Source: Clostridia bacterium
Lineage (GTDB): Bacteria > Bacillota > Clostridia > CAKSNL01 > HGM11501
Direction: 5' to 3'
Assembly: GCA_045545475.1 (NCBI GenBank)
Contig: JAZQAZ010000041.1
Location: forward strand, 1-64,000
Length of the DNA: 64,000 nt
This document shows positions 31,515-39,957 of the stretch, one piece after another (positions within the stretch are counted from its first letter, which is position 1; every line of letters starts with the position of its first letter). A program made the translations under genes and the position numbers. The notes under the pieces are model-generated. The model worked only from the letters and a program-made list of their open reading frames with translations, ran no database searches and was not told the DNA's origin.

Positions 31515-31543
31515 ATTATAACACAAACTCACTTTTTTGTCAA
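31515..31543 (-). promoter_or_regulatory. Sigma-A promoter of the pyr operon
   Basis: TTGACA, 17 nt, TATAAT (perfect consensus). Confidence 0.88.
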
Positions 31544-31646
31544 TAAAAAACAGGCATATTTTATTAATAAGATATTAATAAAAATTTTAAGTGACAAACA
31601 CACTTTTTTGTGATATAATATTAGTTGATAATAAAATGTAAGGAGT

Positions 31647-34139
31647 GTGCCTATGAAAGCAAGATTTTTATCCTGTCTCATGACAGTTATTATGATAATA
31701 TCTTTTGTTGTTCCCGCTTATTCTTCGGAGCTTTATCCCGATATCATTTTATCCGGGCACACCTCTTTGCTCATTCCGGAAACCGATAAGTCCGAATACA
31801 CCTACACCGTTTGTTATGTATCATCAGACGGCACGCTTATCCCAACAGACGAAGCCTCAATTGATGTTTCCGACCTTCCGGACGGAGTTAATTTCGATAT
31901 AGGTACCGGTGTTGCAACAGTTTTCGACTATGCAGAAGAGGGCGATTCGTTTACCATTACCGTTACTCCTCCCGATTCTCAGCCAAAGCTCCATATCAAA
32001 AAATATACCGTCACTTTGGGCTACAACATTTTGGTCAACGGCGACTTTTCCTCTTCTCCCGAAGGAAGCGGATGGGATAAAAGAAATTCATCCCATTTTA
32101 CTCTGAAAAATTCAGTCCTTACCTTTGACCTTAACGAATCTGGAAGTGCCACCTATCTCCTTATGCAGGAAGATAAAATTTTTCTTGAAACCGAAACTCT
32201 TTACGAATGTTCTTTCGAAATAAGAACTTTCACAACAGATAAACCCTACGAAGAACCCGAAATTTATTCAGAAACAATCGGTGAGTCTGCAGTTGTATAT
32301 CTTACAAATCCGCACTATCCCGAATGGACCACATTAAAAACGCCTTTAAGGGTTTCTGAAAACGGTGATTTCATTTTCACGTTAGCTATTACTCCTGAAG
32401 ATTCTCCCATTCACGTTTCTTTAAGAAACGTATGCTTAAAAAAAGCGGTCTCCCATCCCACATCTCTGGAACTTTATATCCCGCAGGCATTCAGCGTTCC
32501 CAAGACAGAATTTATAACAGCTCCTCTTGACATATATGTCCTTGACCAGGAAGGAAATGTCACTGTCGCAGAAATTCTTTACGAATCTCTTTCCGCATCA
32601 GAATTTGTAACTGTTGAAGATGAGACCATAACCATAACAAATTCCGCCCTTCCCGGAGAATATCAGTTCAAAGCATACCTTAAAAGGTATCCTGAAATCA
32701 GCGAAATTTTCACCATCAGAATTACCGACTCCGGCATAGATAACGGAAACTTCGAATCCGACCAGAGTGAAGAATCCTGGATTGCTTCAGGCAACGGCGA
32801 ATATTCCATAATAAAAGATAACAGCAATTCCTACGCAGCTTTTGCTCCAGGCAGTGACGTGGGCGTTATGTATAATAATGCATATGTTTCATTCAAAGCA
32901 CAGCAAAGCTACGTATTCAAGGCCGATTTAAGAACAAAATATTCAGACTTAGACGTGTTTGTTACTTTTATTATAGAAGATAAGGATAACCCCGAAAATT
33001 TAATTCTATGTGCATATTTTGAACCTGATACCGCATGGAATTCATATAAGGCCGTATTCACTCCCGAATATGATATCAACGGTCGCTTTATTGTTGCCAC
33101 TAACATCCCCGGCGGAAGCGACGAGCAGGTTTTATATCTTGATGATATTGAAGTTGTATCTGCCATAATTGCCGCAGAACGCGTAAAAATCAAAGGGACT
33201 CCTTCCCGTGGAAATACCCTTACAGGCTCCTTTGAATTCATAAACAACTTTGACGGAGAAAGTGCCAGCATCACAAACTGGGCATTGGCTCCTTCTGCTG
33301 ACGGTCCGTATACAACACTGAGCTATTCAAATATATCGGAAATTGAAGTCACGGAAGATATGGAAGGAAGTTACCTTCGTTTTGAAGTTACCCCCATTTC
33401 CTTAACCGCCGGAATCTTTGGTGAAACCGTATATTCAAAGCCTGTCAAAATCCAGAAAAAACGTCCAAACGTGACATACGAGGATCCGGATGACGAAGAA
33501 AATACCGGAATTCACGACGAAGAAAAAAAGCCACGCAAGGATTCCCCTGAATATATCTCTCCGGTTAAAATCCCGGATGAGCCAATAACTGAACATTATT
33601 TCACTGACATGCATGGCCATTGGGCAGAAGACTCTGCCCATATACTTGCCTCTGCCGGTGTGGTAGAAGGTTATTCCACAGGCTCCTTTGCTCCCGATAA
33701 GCTGGTTACAAGGGCAGAGTTTTGCGCATTCCTTATGCGAAGTCTCGGTCTTGAAGAAGGAATTTATTCGGGTCGTTTTTCAGACGTATCTCCTCAGTCC
33801 TGGTACGCCGGAATAATACAGACAATATATAACTGTTCACTCATAACAGGCATAAGCGAAAACGAATTTGCTCCCAACGCTCCCATAACGAGGGAGCAGA
33901 TTGTCACCATACTGATGCGTGCCTATAACCTTATTAAGACAGACTCTTCTGTTGTGGCATCCACTCTTCCTTATACCGACAGTGGAGAAATTTCCCCCTA
34001 CGCTTTAACAAGCGTAACCAAGGCATATTCTCTTGGACTATTAGAAAATTCAGATGGACTTTTACGTCCACTTGATCCTGCCACGAGAGCTGAGACAATA
34101 ACTCTTTTGACAGAATTTTTATCTCTTATTGGTACTTGA
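31647..34139 (+). CDS. Secreted S-layer-homology (3x SLH) protein with CBM-like and Ig-like domains
   Basis: Signal-peptide-like N-terminus (probable start ATG 31653); two NG(D/N)F-initiated beta-rich domains; C-terminal FTDMHGHWA..TRAEF, FSDV..SWY..TREQ and YTD..TRAE repeats. Confidence 0.85.
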   Translation: MPMKARFLSCLMTVIMIISFVVPAYSSELYPDIILSGHTSLLIPETDKSEYTYTVCYVSSDGTLIPTDEASIDVSDLPDGVNFDIGTGVATVFDYAEEGDSFTITVTPPDSQPKLHIKKYTVTLGYNILVNGDFSSSPEGSGWDKRNSSHFTLKNSVLTFDLNESGSATYLLMQEDKIFLETETLYECSFEIRTFTTDKPYEEPEIYSETIGESAVVYLTNPHYPEWTTLKTPLRVSENGDFIFTLAITPEDSPIHVSLRNVCLKKAVSHPTSLELYIPQAFSVPKTEFITAPLDIYVLDQEGNVTVAEILYESLSASEFVTVEDETITITNSALPGEYQFKAYLKRYPEISEIFTIRITDSGIDNGNFESDQSEESWIASGNGEYSIIKDNSNSYAAFAPGSDVGVMYNNAYVSFKAQQSYVFKADLRTKYSDLDVFVTFIIEDKDNPENLILCAYFEPDTAWNSYKAVFTPEYDINGRFIVATNIPGGSDEQVLYLDDIEVVSAIIAAERVKIKGTPSRGNTLTGSFEFINNFDGESASITNWALAPSADGPYTTLSYSNISEIEVTEDMEGSYLRFEVTPISLTAGIFGETVYSKPVKIQKKRPNVTYEDPDDEENTGIHDEEKKPRKDSPEYISPVKIPDEPITEHYFTDMHGHWAEDSAHILASAGVVEGYSTGSFAPDKLVTRAEFCAFLMRSLGLEEGIYSGRFSDVSPQSWYAGIIQTIYNCSLITGISENEFAPNAPITREQIVTILMRAYNLIKTDSSVVASTLPYTDSGEISPYALTSVTKAYSLGLLENSDGLLRPLDPATRAETITLLTEFLSLIGT

Positions 34140-34164
34140 CAAAAAGTATTCCGAGTGCTATAAT
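34136..34164 (+). promoter_or_regulatory. Sigma-A promoter of thrS
   Basis: TTGACA, 17 nt, TATAAT with TG extended -10. Confidence 0.88.
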
Positions 34165-34184
34165 AACCAATGAATTAAATAAAA

Positions 34185-34394
34185 AGCGATGAAGGAAAGA
34201 GTAGTAAATTTAAGTTTGTTCAGAGAGAGAAACAAATGGCTGTGAGTTTCTTACAAGCACTTTTATGAAAACCGCTCCAGAGCTGCTTTGCCGAAAATAA
34301 GTAAGCATTGCCGTAGCCTTTCGTTAAAGGAAATCAAGTTAAAACCAAGGTGGAACCGTGTATTATGCACCCTTGAATTTCAAGGGTGCTTTTT
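34185..34394 (+). ncRNA. T-box riboswitch, Thr (ACC) specifier
   Basis: AGTA, AGAGA and GGCTGTGA stem-I motifs; GAAA-ACC specifier at 34271-34273; T-box AAGGTGGAACCGTG at 34347-34360; terminator GCACCCTTGA..TCAAGGGTGC-TTTTT. Confidence 0.93.
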
Positions 34395-34424
34395 ATTTTG
34401 TAATTAATTGAAAGGATTGATAAT

Positions 34425-36203
34425 ATGTCAGAAGAATTAAACGTACAGGTATCAGCGGAGGAAGAGCTTAAGACTCTCCGCCACTCTGCATCCCACATTA
34501 TGGCACAGGCTGTAAAGAGACTTTTCCCGAATGTTAAGCTTGCAATAGGCCCCGCCATTGATACAGGCTTTTACTATGACTTTGATACCGAAACCCCCTT
34601 CTCTCCCGAAGACCTTGAAAAGATTGAAGCGGAGATGAAGAAGATTGCAAAGGAAAACTTAAAGATTGAACGCTTTGAGCTTTCCAGAGCCGAAGCACTT
34701 GAGCTTATGAAGGACGAGCCATATAAGACCGAGCTTATCAACGAGCTCCCCGAAGGCGAAGTAATTTCCTTCTACAAACAGGGCGAATTTACAGACCTTT
34801 GTGCAGGTCCTCACGTTAACTATACATCTAAGGTAAAGGCATTTAAGTTGCTTTCTGCAACCGGTGCTTACTGGAGAGGAAGCGAAAAGAACAAGATGCT
34901 CACCCGTATCTACGGTGTTGCATATAAGACAAAGGATGAGCTTGAAGCAGACCTTGCTCAGAGAGAAGAAGCTAAAAAGAGAGACCATAATAAGCTTGGC
35001 CGTGAGCTTGAATTTTTCACAACAAGCGACCTTATCGGTCAGGGTCTTCCCATCCTTCTTCCCAAGGGTGCAAGAGTAATTCAGCTTCTTCAGCGTTTCG
35101 TTGAGGATACAGAGCAGTCTAAAGGCTGGCTCCTTACAAAAACTCCCTATATGGCAAAGAGCGATCTTTATAAGGTATCCGGTCACTGGGATCACTATCT
35201 TGACGGTATGTTCGTTTTAGGCGATCCCGAAAGCGACAAGGAAGTTTTCGCACTCCGTCCCATGACTTGTCCTTTCCAGTATCAGGCATATCTTAACAGA
35301 GCACGTTCCTACCGAGATCTTCCCTTAAGATACAACGAAACCTCCACCCTCTTTAGAAACGAAGCATCCGGAGAAATGCACGGTCTTATCAGAGTTCGTC
35401 AGTTCACAATTTCCGAAGGTCACTTGATGTGTACTCCCGATCAGCTTGAAGAAGAATTCAAAAACTGCCTTGAGCTTGCAATTTATATGCTTAAGACTCT
35501 TGGTCTTTACGAAGATATTTCCTACCGTTTCTCACAGTGGGATCCTGCTGATAACGAAAAGTACATCGGAACAGCCGAAGACTGGGATGAAGCTCAGGGT
35601 ATGATGAAGAGAATTTTGGATCACCTCGAAATCCCCTACAAGGTTGGCATTGGCGAAGCTGCTTTCTACGGCCCCAAGCTTGACATTCAGATTAAGAACG
35701 TATTCGGTAAGGAAGATACACTCATCACCATCCAGATTGACCAGTTCTTAGCTTCCAAGTTCGGTATGGAATATGTTGATGCAGAAGGCAACAAGAAAAA
35801 CCCCTACATCATCCACCGCACATCCATCGGTTGCTATGAAAGAACACTTGCCCTTCTCATCGAGAAATATGCAGGTGCATTCCCCACATGGCTTGCACCC
35901 ACTCAGGTTAAGGTTATGTCCCTTTCCGAAAGACATGCTGACTATGTTTCAGATATCGCAAAGGAAATGGAAAAAGCAGGAATCAGAGTTGAGCTTGATA
36001 CAAGAAATGAAAAAATCGGTTACAAAATCAGAGAAGCTCAGCTTGAAAAGGTACCTTACATGGTTGTTTGCGGCGATAAGGATATCGAGGCAGGCACAAT
36101 CTCCGTAAGAAGCCGTAAGGGCGGCGAGCAGGAATCCATGACGCTCGACCAGTTTATCGCAAAGATTCAGAAGGAAGTAGCAGAAAAAACATTAAACATA
36201 TAA
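34425..36203 (+). CDS. thrS: Threonine--tRNA ligase (lacks the N-terminal TGS domain)
   Basis: RHSASH, DLCAGPH, RDHNKLG, RPMTCP, FRNEASG, AFYGPKLD and EKIGYKIRE. Confidence 0.98.
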   Translation: MSEELNVQVSAEEELKTLRHSASHIMAQAVKRLFPNVKLAIGPAIDTGFYYDFDTETPFSPEDLEKIEAEMKKIAKENLKIERFELSRAEALELMKDEPYKTELINELPEGEVISFYKQGEFTDLCAGPHVNYTSKVKAFKLLSATGAYWRGSEKNKMLTRIYGVAYKTKDELEADLAQREEAKKRDHNKLGRELEFFTTSDLIGQGLPILLPKGARVIQLLQRFVEDTEQSKGWLLTKTPYMAKSDLYKVSGHWDHYLDGMFVLGDPESDKEVFALRPMTCPFQYQAYLNRARSYRDLPLRYNETSTLFRNEASGEMHGLIRVRQFTISEGHLMCTPDQLEEEFKNCLELAIYMLKTLGLYEDISYRFSQWDPADNEKYIGTAEDWDEAQGMMKRILDHLEIPYKVGIGEAAFYGPKLDIQIKNVFGKEDTLITIQIDQFLASKFGMEYVDAEGNKKNPYIIHRTSIGCYERTLALLIEKYAGAFPTWLAPTQVKVMSLSERHADYVSDIAKEMEKAGIRVELDTRNEKIGYKIREAQLEKVPYMVVCGDKDIEAGTISVRSRKGGEQESMTLDQFIAKIQKEVAEKTLNI

Positions 36204-36209
36204 AAAATC

Positions 36210-36245
36210 AAAAACGCCTTGAGCCAATGGCCCAAGGCGTTTTTT
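36210..36245. terminator. Bidirectional terminator between convergent genes
   Basis: AAAAACGCCTTGAGCC-AAT-GGCCCAAGGCGTTTTTT. Confidence 0.85.
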
Positions 36246-37486
36246 CATACCTCTTTCGTTTCAAAAGCCAGTTCTTTTTCTCTGTCGTTTTCAAGGAAAA
36301 GTGCTGTAGCTTTTTTATTTGTGCAAAGTATATTTCCGAATGTAACATTTTCAATTTCGCTCTTTTTAAGGTGTGTGTGGCAAAATCCGAATCCGACTCT
36401 TCCTTCTTCTCCGACTACAATGTTGCCGATATATGAATCCTTTAAGGTCTTGCACATTGAAACCGCATAAGTTCCGTTGCCGTATACGTTTTTAATGCTG
36501 ATATTGTAAATTTCGCCCATCACGGAGTGGCGTGTACTTACATAAGCATCAGCCGAATCCCCTATTCGCACATTGTACTGACTCTTGTATTCCTTCCGCC
36601 TGCGCATATCCGTAACGCCGTCAATGTCAATATTATAAATCTTATTGCCGTTTTCGTTTAAAAGTCTTACGTTTGAACAGATATAGCAATCCGTTGCCAC
36701 ATTTCTTATTTTAACGTCGTGAATATCCGTATCCTTTCCCGTTACAAGATAGCCTAGCCTTGTTTCAAAGCCGCCAAGTGCCGTTAATGCAACAGAATCA
36801 TCCTCAGTAAAACCCGTGATATTTTCAATCAGTATATTATTGCAACCCACACGAAGGTCAAGTCCGTCGGCATTTTTTATGTAAGTTTCCTTGTAATTTT
36901 TCGGAAGTTCATTTTCATAATGCACGCCGTTTTCGTCAATTCTCGAAAGGTCAGCGCAAAAATTTATATTTCTGAAAACCGAATCTCTTACACAGATGTT
37001 TGTTATTGCCCACCAGCGCTGTTTTTCGATGCGGATGTTTTCAACCGTAAGATTTCTCACATTTACCATTAAAATAACGGTGTTTTTCGATATGTGCGGA
37101 AGTCCGTTTTTAAGGCTTGTGGATTCGGAAAGTCCGTTGTAGTTACCACCGGATAAACAAGCATTTCCGATCCCTCTTATAGTAATATTCTTCTGTTCAT
37201 CTGCAAGGGTCCTTTCCCCTTCTTCTTTAACCTTTTCATTTGCAAACATATTGGCATATACCCCGTCAGCCAAAACCAAAAAGGCATTATCAATTATGAT
37301 TTCTATATCCGAAGGAAGATAGATGGTTTCTTCTATCACCCACTTATTTCCCCCTGTTCTTTCGTTAAGCTTTGGAATTAATACGGAGTTAACTCCTTCT
37401 TTCTTTGCTTTTTTTATAGCAAGAGTTATACTTTCAGAATCGTTTTCACCTAATGTTTCATTCGGTGTAATATACATAAAAGCCAC
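36245..37486 (-). CDS. Parallel beta-helix protein, GH28/pectin-lyase-fold-like, no signal peptide
   Basis: DSESITLAI N-terminal cap, repeated N(I/L)xIxN(I/V) rungs, and NADGLD..EDDSVAL resembling the GH28 NTDG and DD motifs. Confidence 0.65.
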   Translation of the reverse strand: MAFMYITPNETLGENDSESITLAIKKAKKEGVNSVLIPKLNERTGGNKWVIEETIYLPSDIEIIIDNAFLVLADGVYANMFANEKVKEEGERTLADEQKNITIRGIGNACLSGGNYNGLSESTSLKNGLPHISKNTVILMVNVRNLTVENIRIEKQRWWAITNICVRDSVFRNINFCADLSRIDENGVHYENELPKNYKETYIKNADGLDLRVGCNNILIENITGFTEDDSVALTALGGFETRLGYLVTGKDTDIHDVKIRNVATDCYICSNVRLLNENGNKIYNIDIDGVTDMRRRKEYKSQYNVRIGDSADAYVSTRHSVMGEIYNISIKNVYGNGTYAVSMCKTLKDSYIGNIVVGEEGRVGFGFCHTHLKKSEIENVTFGNILCTNKKATALFLENDREKELAFETKEV

Positions 37487-37565
37487 ATCCTTTCACATTC
37501 CGAGTTTAGCATACATCCCTTTCCTTGTCAATAAAAAAACCGCCGAAAACTTGCGGTTTTTATCA

Positions 37566-39944
37566 TTATTTCGTTATCGTAATTTCTCTCGTTTCGCCGT
37601 TCCACTCTACATTGTAGCCGAGCTGTTCAGATACGAAGCGAAGCGGAATAAAGGTTCTCGAATCCTTGATTTCAGGAGCAACCCGAAGTGTATAACGGAC
37701 AGGTCCGTAAGTAGGATCATCCACATACACAAGATTGTTTCTGATCTGCATGGTTATATTCCCTGTTGCAGTTTTTATCGTTACAGTCTGATTGTAACCT
37801 TCCCACGAAATTTCCGCACCCATTTCCTCAAGGAGTCCTCTTAACGGAATAAGCGTGGAACTTGATGCCGGATCTATGAAAGGAGCTACATCCATTACCT
37901 TTGTCGTGGTTTCTCCATTTTTTTCCACTACAATTTCGTTAGAATCTATTTTAAGTTTGTAGCTTTCCTTTTTTGCAATCAGTTCATCTTCATAATCGTC
38001 CTTCGCCTGGAAAAAGTTGATATCAGAACAAGCAGCTCTTCCCGAATAGCCCGATAATATGTAGAATCTTATATATCTTGCAGTTACCCTATCGGTAAAC
38101 CTGTACATTCTTGTTTCAAGGCTGTTTTTATTGGTGTAATCGGAAAATACAAACTCCCAGTTTTTACCGTCAAGAGATGCTTCCACTTCGAAGTCGTGCC
38201 ATACTCCGTGAAAATCATCGGTCTGACGCGGTGTATAGGAAAATCCCACAAGTGTGTAGGTATCATTCATATCAATTGTATATGTCCAGGGAGCTTCCAC
38301 ACCGGTCTCTGTCTGCCAAAAGGTTTCATTTGATTTATCCAGTGCCGCTACGGCCTTGCCACCCCAGGTATCAAAATCAGTTTCAGCAGAAAATCTCGTT
38401 TTATCAACCAGATAGAGCTTATTTTTCTCTTCCAGATTGATAAACTCATCATAACTTATCATATCGAGATTTTTATCTTCCTCCATAAAATCAAGCTCTG
38501 CAACAGTTGCAACTCCACCCCTGGAGGATGTAATATTCATTCTTACCTTTCTGACCTTTATATTGCCGTAAAACTTAATATCAGCCCTGCTTTCACTTCC
38601 CGAAAACTCCAGGTCTCTTATTTTTTTAAACTCGCCATCCGCTGTATCAGATACCCAAAGTTCTGCTTCCGTAAATCTTCCTGATGGGCTGTCCTGACGA
38701 GGCAGATATGACAATCCCGAAATCACCACATCCTCCGGGAAGGTTATATCAAGAGTGTAAGGAGGTTCTTCCATCCATACAACAATAGCATCATTTGCGG
38801 TAAACTTAGAATGCCAGTAGGAGTTTTTATCGTCGTCTATGGCACGCTCCGGTCCCACAGATGATGAATTTGATTTTATTGTCCAGTTGTTTTTATCCTT
38901 TAATACAGGCTTTTTCTCTTCGGTAACCGCATTTTTGCTTCCCGGTGCAAAAACATCGATTTCTGCTGCTGTGCAAAAGTCGTCTACGGATTCTGTTATT
39001 ACTATTCTCAGTGCCTTATAAAAGCCTTCTTCAAGATATGCGTCCACAGTCTCCCTTGTTGCCGTAAGGTTATTAGGATATGCCTTTTCTCCTATTTTCT
39101 TGTAGTTTACGCCGTCAACGCTTCCGTAAAATTCTGCCCTTTTCCATATTCCTGCGCCGGAATTATCAATCGTAAGCTGACGCGGTACGTACCTTACTCC
39201 GCCAACATTTAAGGGTTCAGGGAACACAATATCGATTGTAAAAGGAGGCTTGTCCTGACCTGTTATTTCACCGTTTTCCACAGTATAGGCAGAATGCCAC
39301 AGCCACTTCATATCGTCATTAAAGGCGTTATATATACTGTCCTTTTCACTTAAGGTAGAGCTTGCAGTTACAACCCAGCCTTTGGAATCGTATATTTCAC
39401 CAATATCCGATGTCACGCCTTCCGTGCTTTTAAGTACCTCGATTTCTGCCGCGGTACAAAAGTCGCTTTCGGACTGTGTTATAATTATTTTTATTGCCTT
39501 GTATGTTCCGTTTTTCACGGGGATATCTGTGATTTTTCTTGTTGTAATTATATCATTGGGCATCGCAAAGCTTCCTATTTCAAAGAAATCAATGCCGTTG
39601 GTACTGCCTTCAACCTTACCCTTTTGCCATATTCCTGCCGCAGAATTTCCCTGATTTAACTGTCTTGGTGTATAGCGGATTCCGCCTACCTCAATTGCTT
39701 CGGGGAATACTATATCCACATAGAAAGGTGCCTTATCCTGACCGGTAATTTCCCCGTCTTTATCAGTATAGTCAGAATGCCAGAGGTAGTTTGCTTCTCC
39801 GTCAAAGGCATTTCTTATGGTTGAGTTCCCTTTTTCGCTTGATGCCTTAACAGTAAAATTTTTACTGTCGTAAACCTCGGATGCAAAAGAGGGTACCGCA
39901 AGCAAAGTAAACATAATTAAAAATGCTGTTATAAACTTTTTCAT
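37566..39944 (-). CDS. Secreted protein: 4 F5/8-type-C (discoidin/CBM32-like) domains plus a C-terminal copper-amine-oxidase-N (stalk) domain
   Basis: MKK signal peptide; four W(H/Q)(S/T)..Y(T/V/L)PRQ units; C-terminal TLIPLRGLLE and RTFIPLRFVSEQLGYNVEW. Confidence 0.85.
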   Translation of the reverse strand: MKKFITAFLIMFTLLAVPSFASEVYDSKNFTVKASSEKGNSTIRNAFDGEANYLWHSDYTDKDGEITGQDKAPFYVDIVFPEAIEVGGIRYTPRQLNQGNSAAGIWQKGKVEGSTNGIDFFEIGSFAMPNDIITTRKITDIPVKNGTYKAIKIIITQSESDFCTAAEIEVLKSTEGVTSDIGEIYDSKGWVVTASSTLSEKDSIYNAFNDDMKWLWHSAYTVENGEITGQDKPPFTIDIVFPEPLNVGGVRYVPRQLTIDNSGAGIWKRAEFYGSVDGVNYKKIGEKAYPNNLTATRETVDAYLEEGFYKALRIVITESVDDFCTAAEIDVFAPGSKNAVTEEKKPVLKDKNNWTIKSNSSSVGPERAIDDDKNSYWHSKFTANDAIVVWMEEPPYTLDITFPEDVVISGLSYLPRQDSPSGRFTEAELWVSDTADGEFKKIRDLEFSGSESRADIKFYGNIKVRKVRMNITSSRGGVATVAELDFMEEDKNLDMISYDEFINLEEKNKLYLVDKTRFSAETDFDTWGGKAVAALDKSNETFWQTETGVEAPWTYTIDMNDTYTLVGFSYTPRQTDDFHGVWHDFEVEASLDGKNWEFVFSDYTNKNSLETRMYRFTDRVTARYIRFYILSGYSGRAACSDINFFQAKDDYEDELIAKKESYKLKIDSNEIVVEKNGETTTKVMDVAPFIDPASSSTLIPLRGLLEEMGAEISWEGYNQTVTIKTATGNITMQIRNNLVYVDDPTYGPVRYTLRVAPEIKDSRTFIPLRFVSEQLGYNVEWNGETREITITK

Positions 39945-39957
39945 TTTGTCGCCCTCC

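Noticed and set aside
34425-34500. thrS lacking the TGS domain as a truncation
   Set aside because: It has an intact promoter, T-box, SD and editing motifs; the short form is a known variant.
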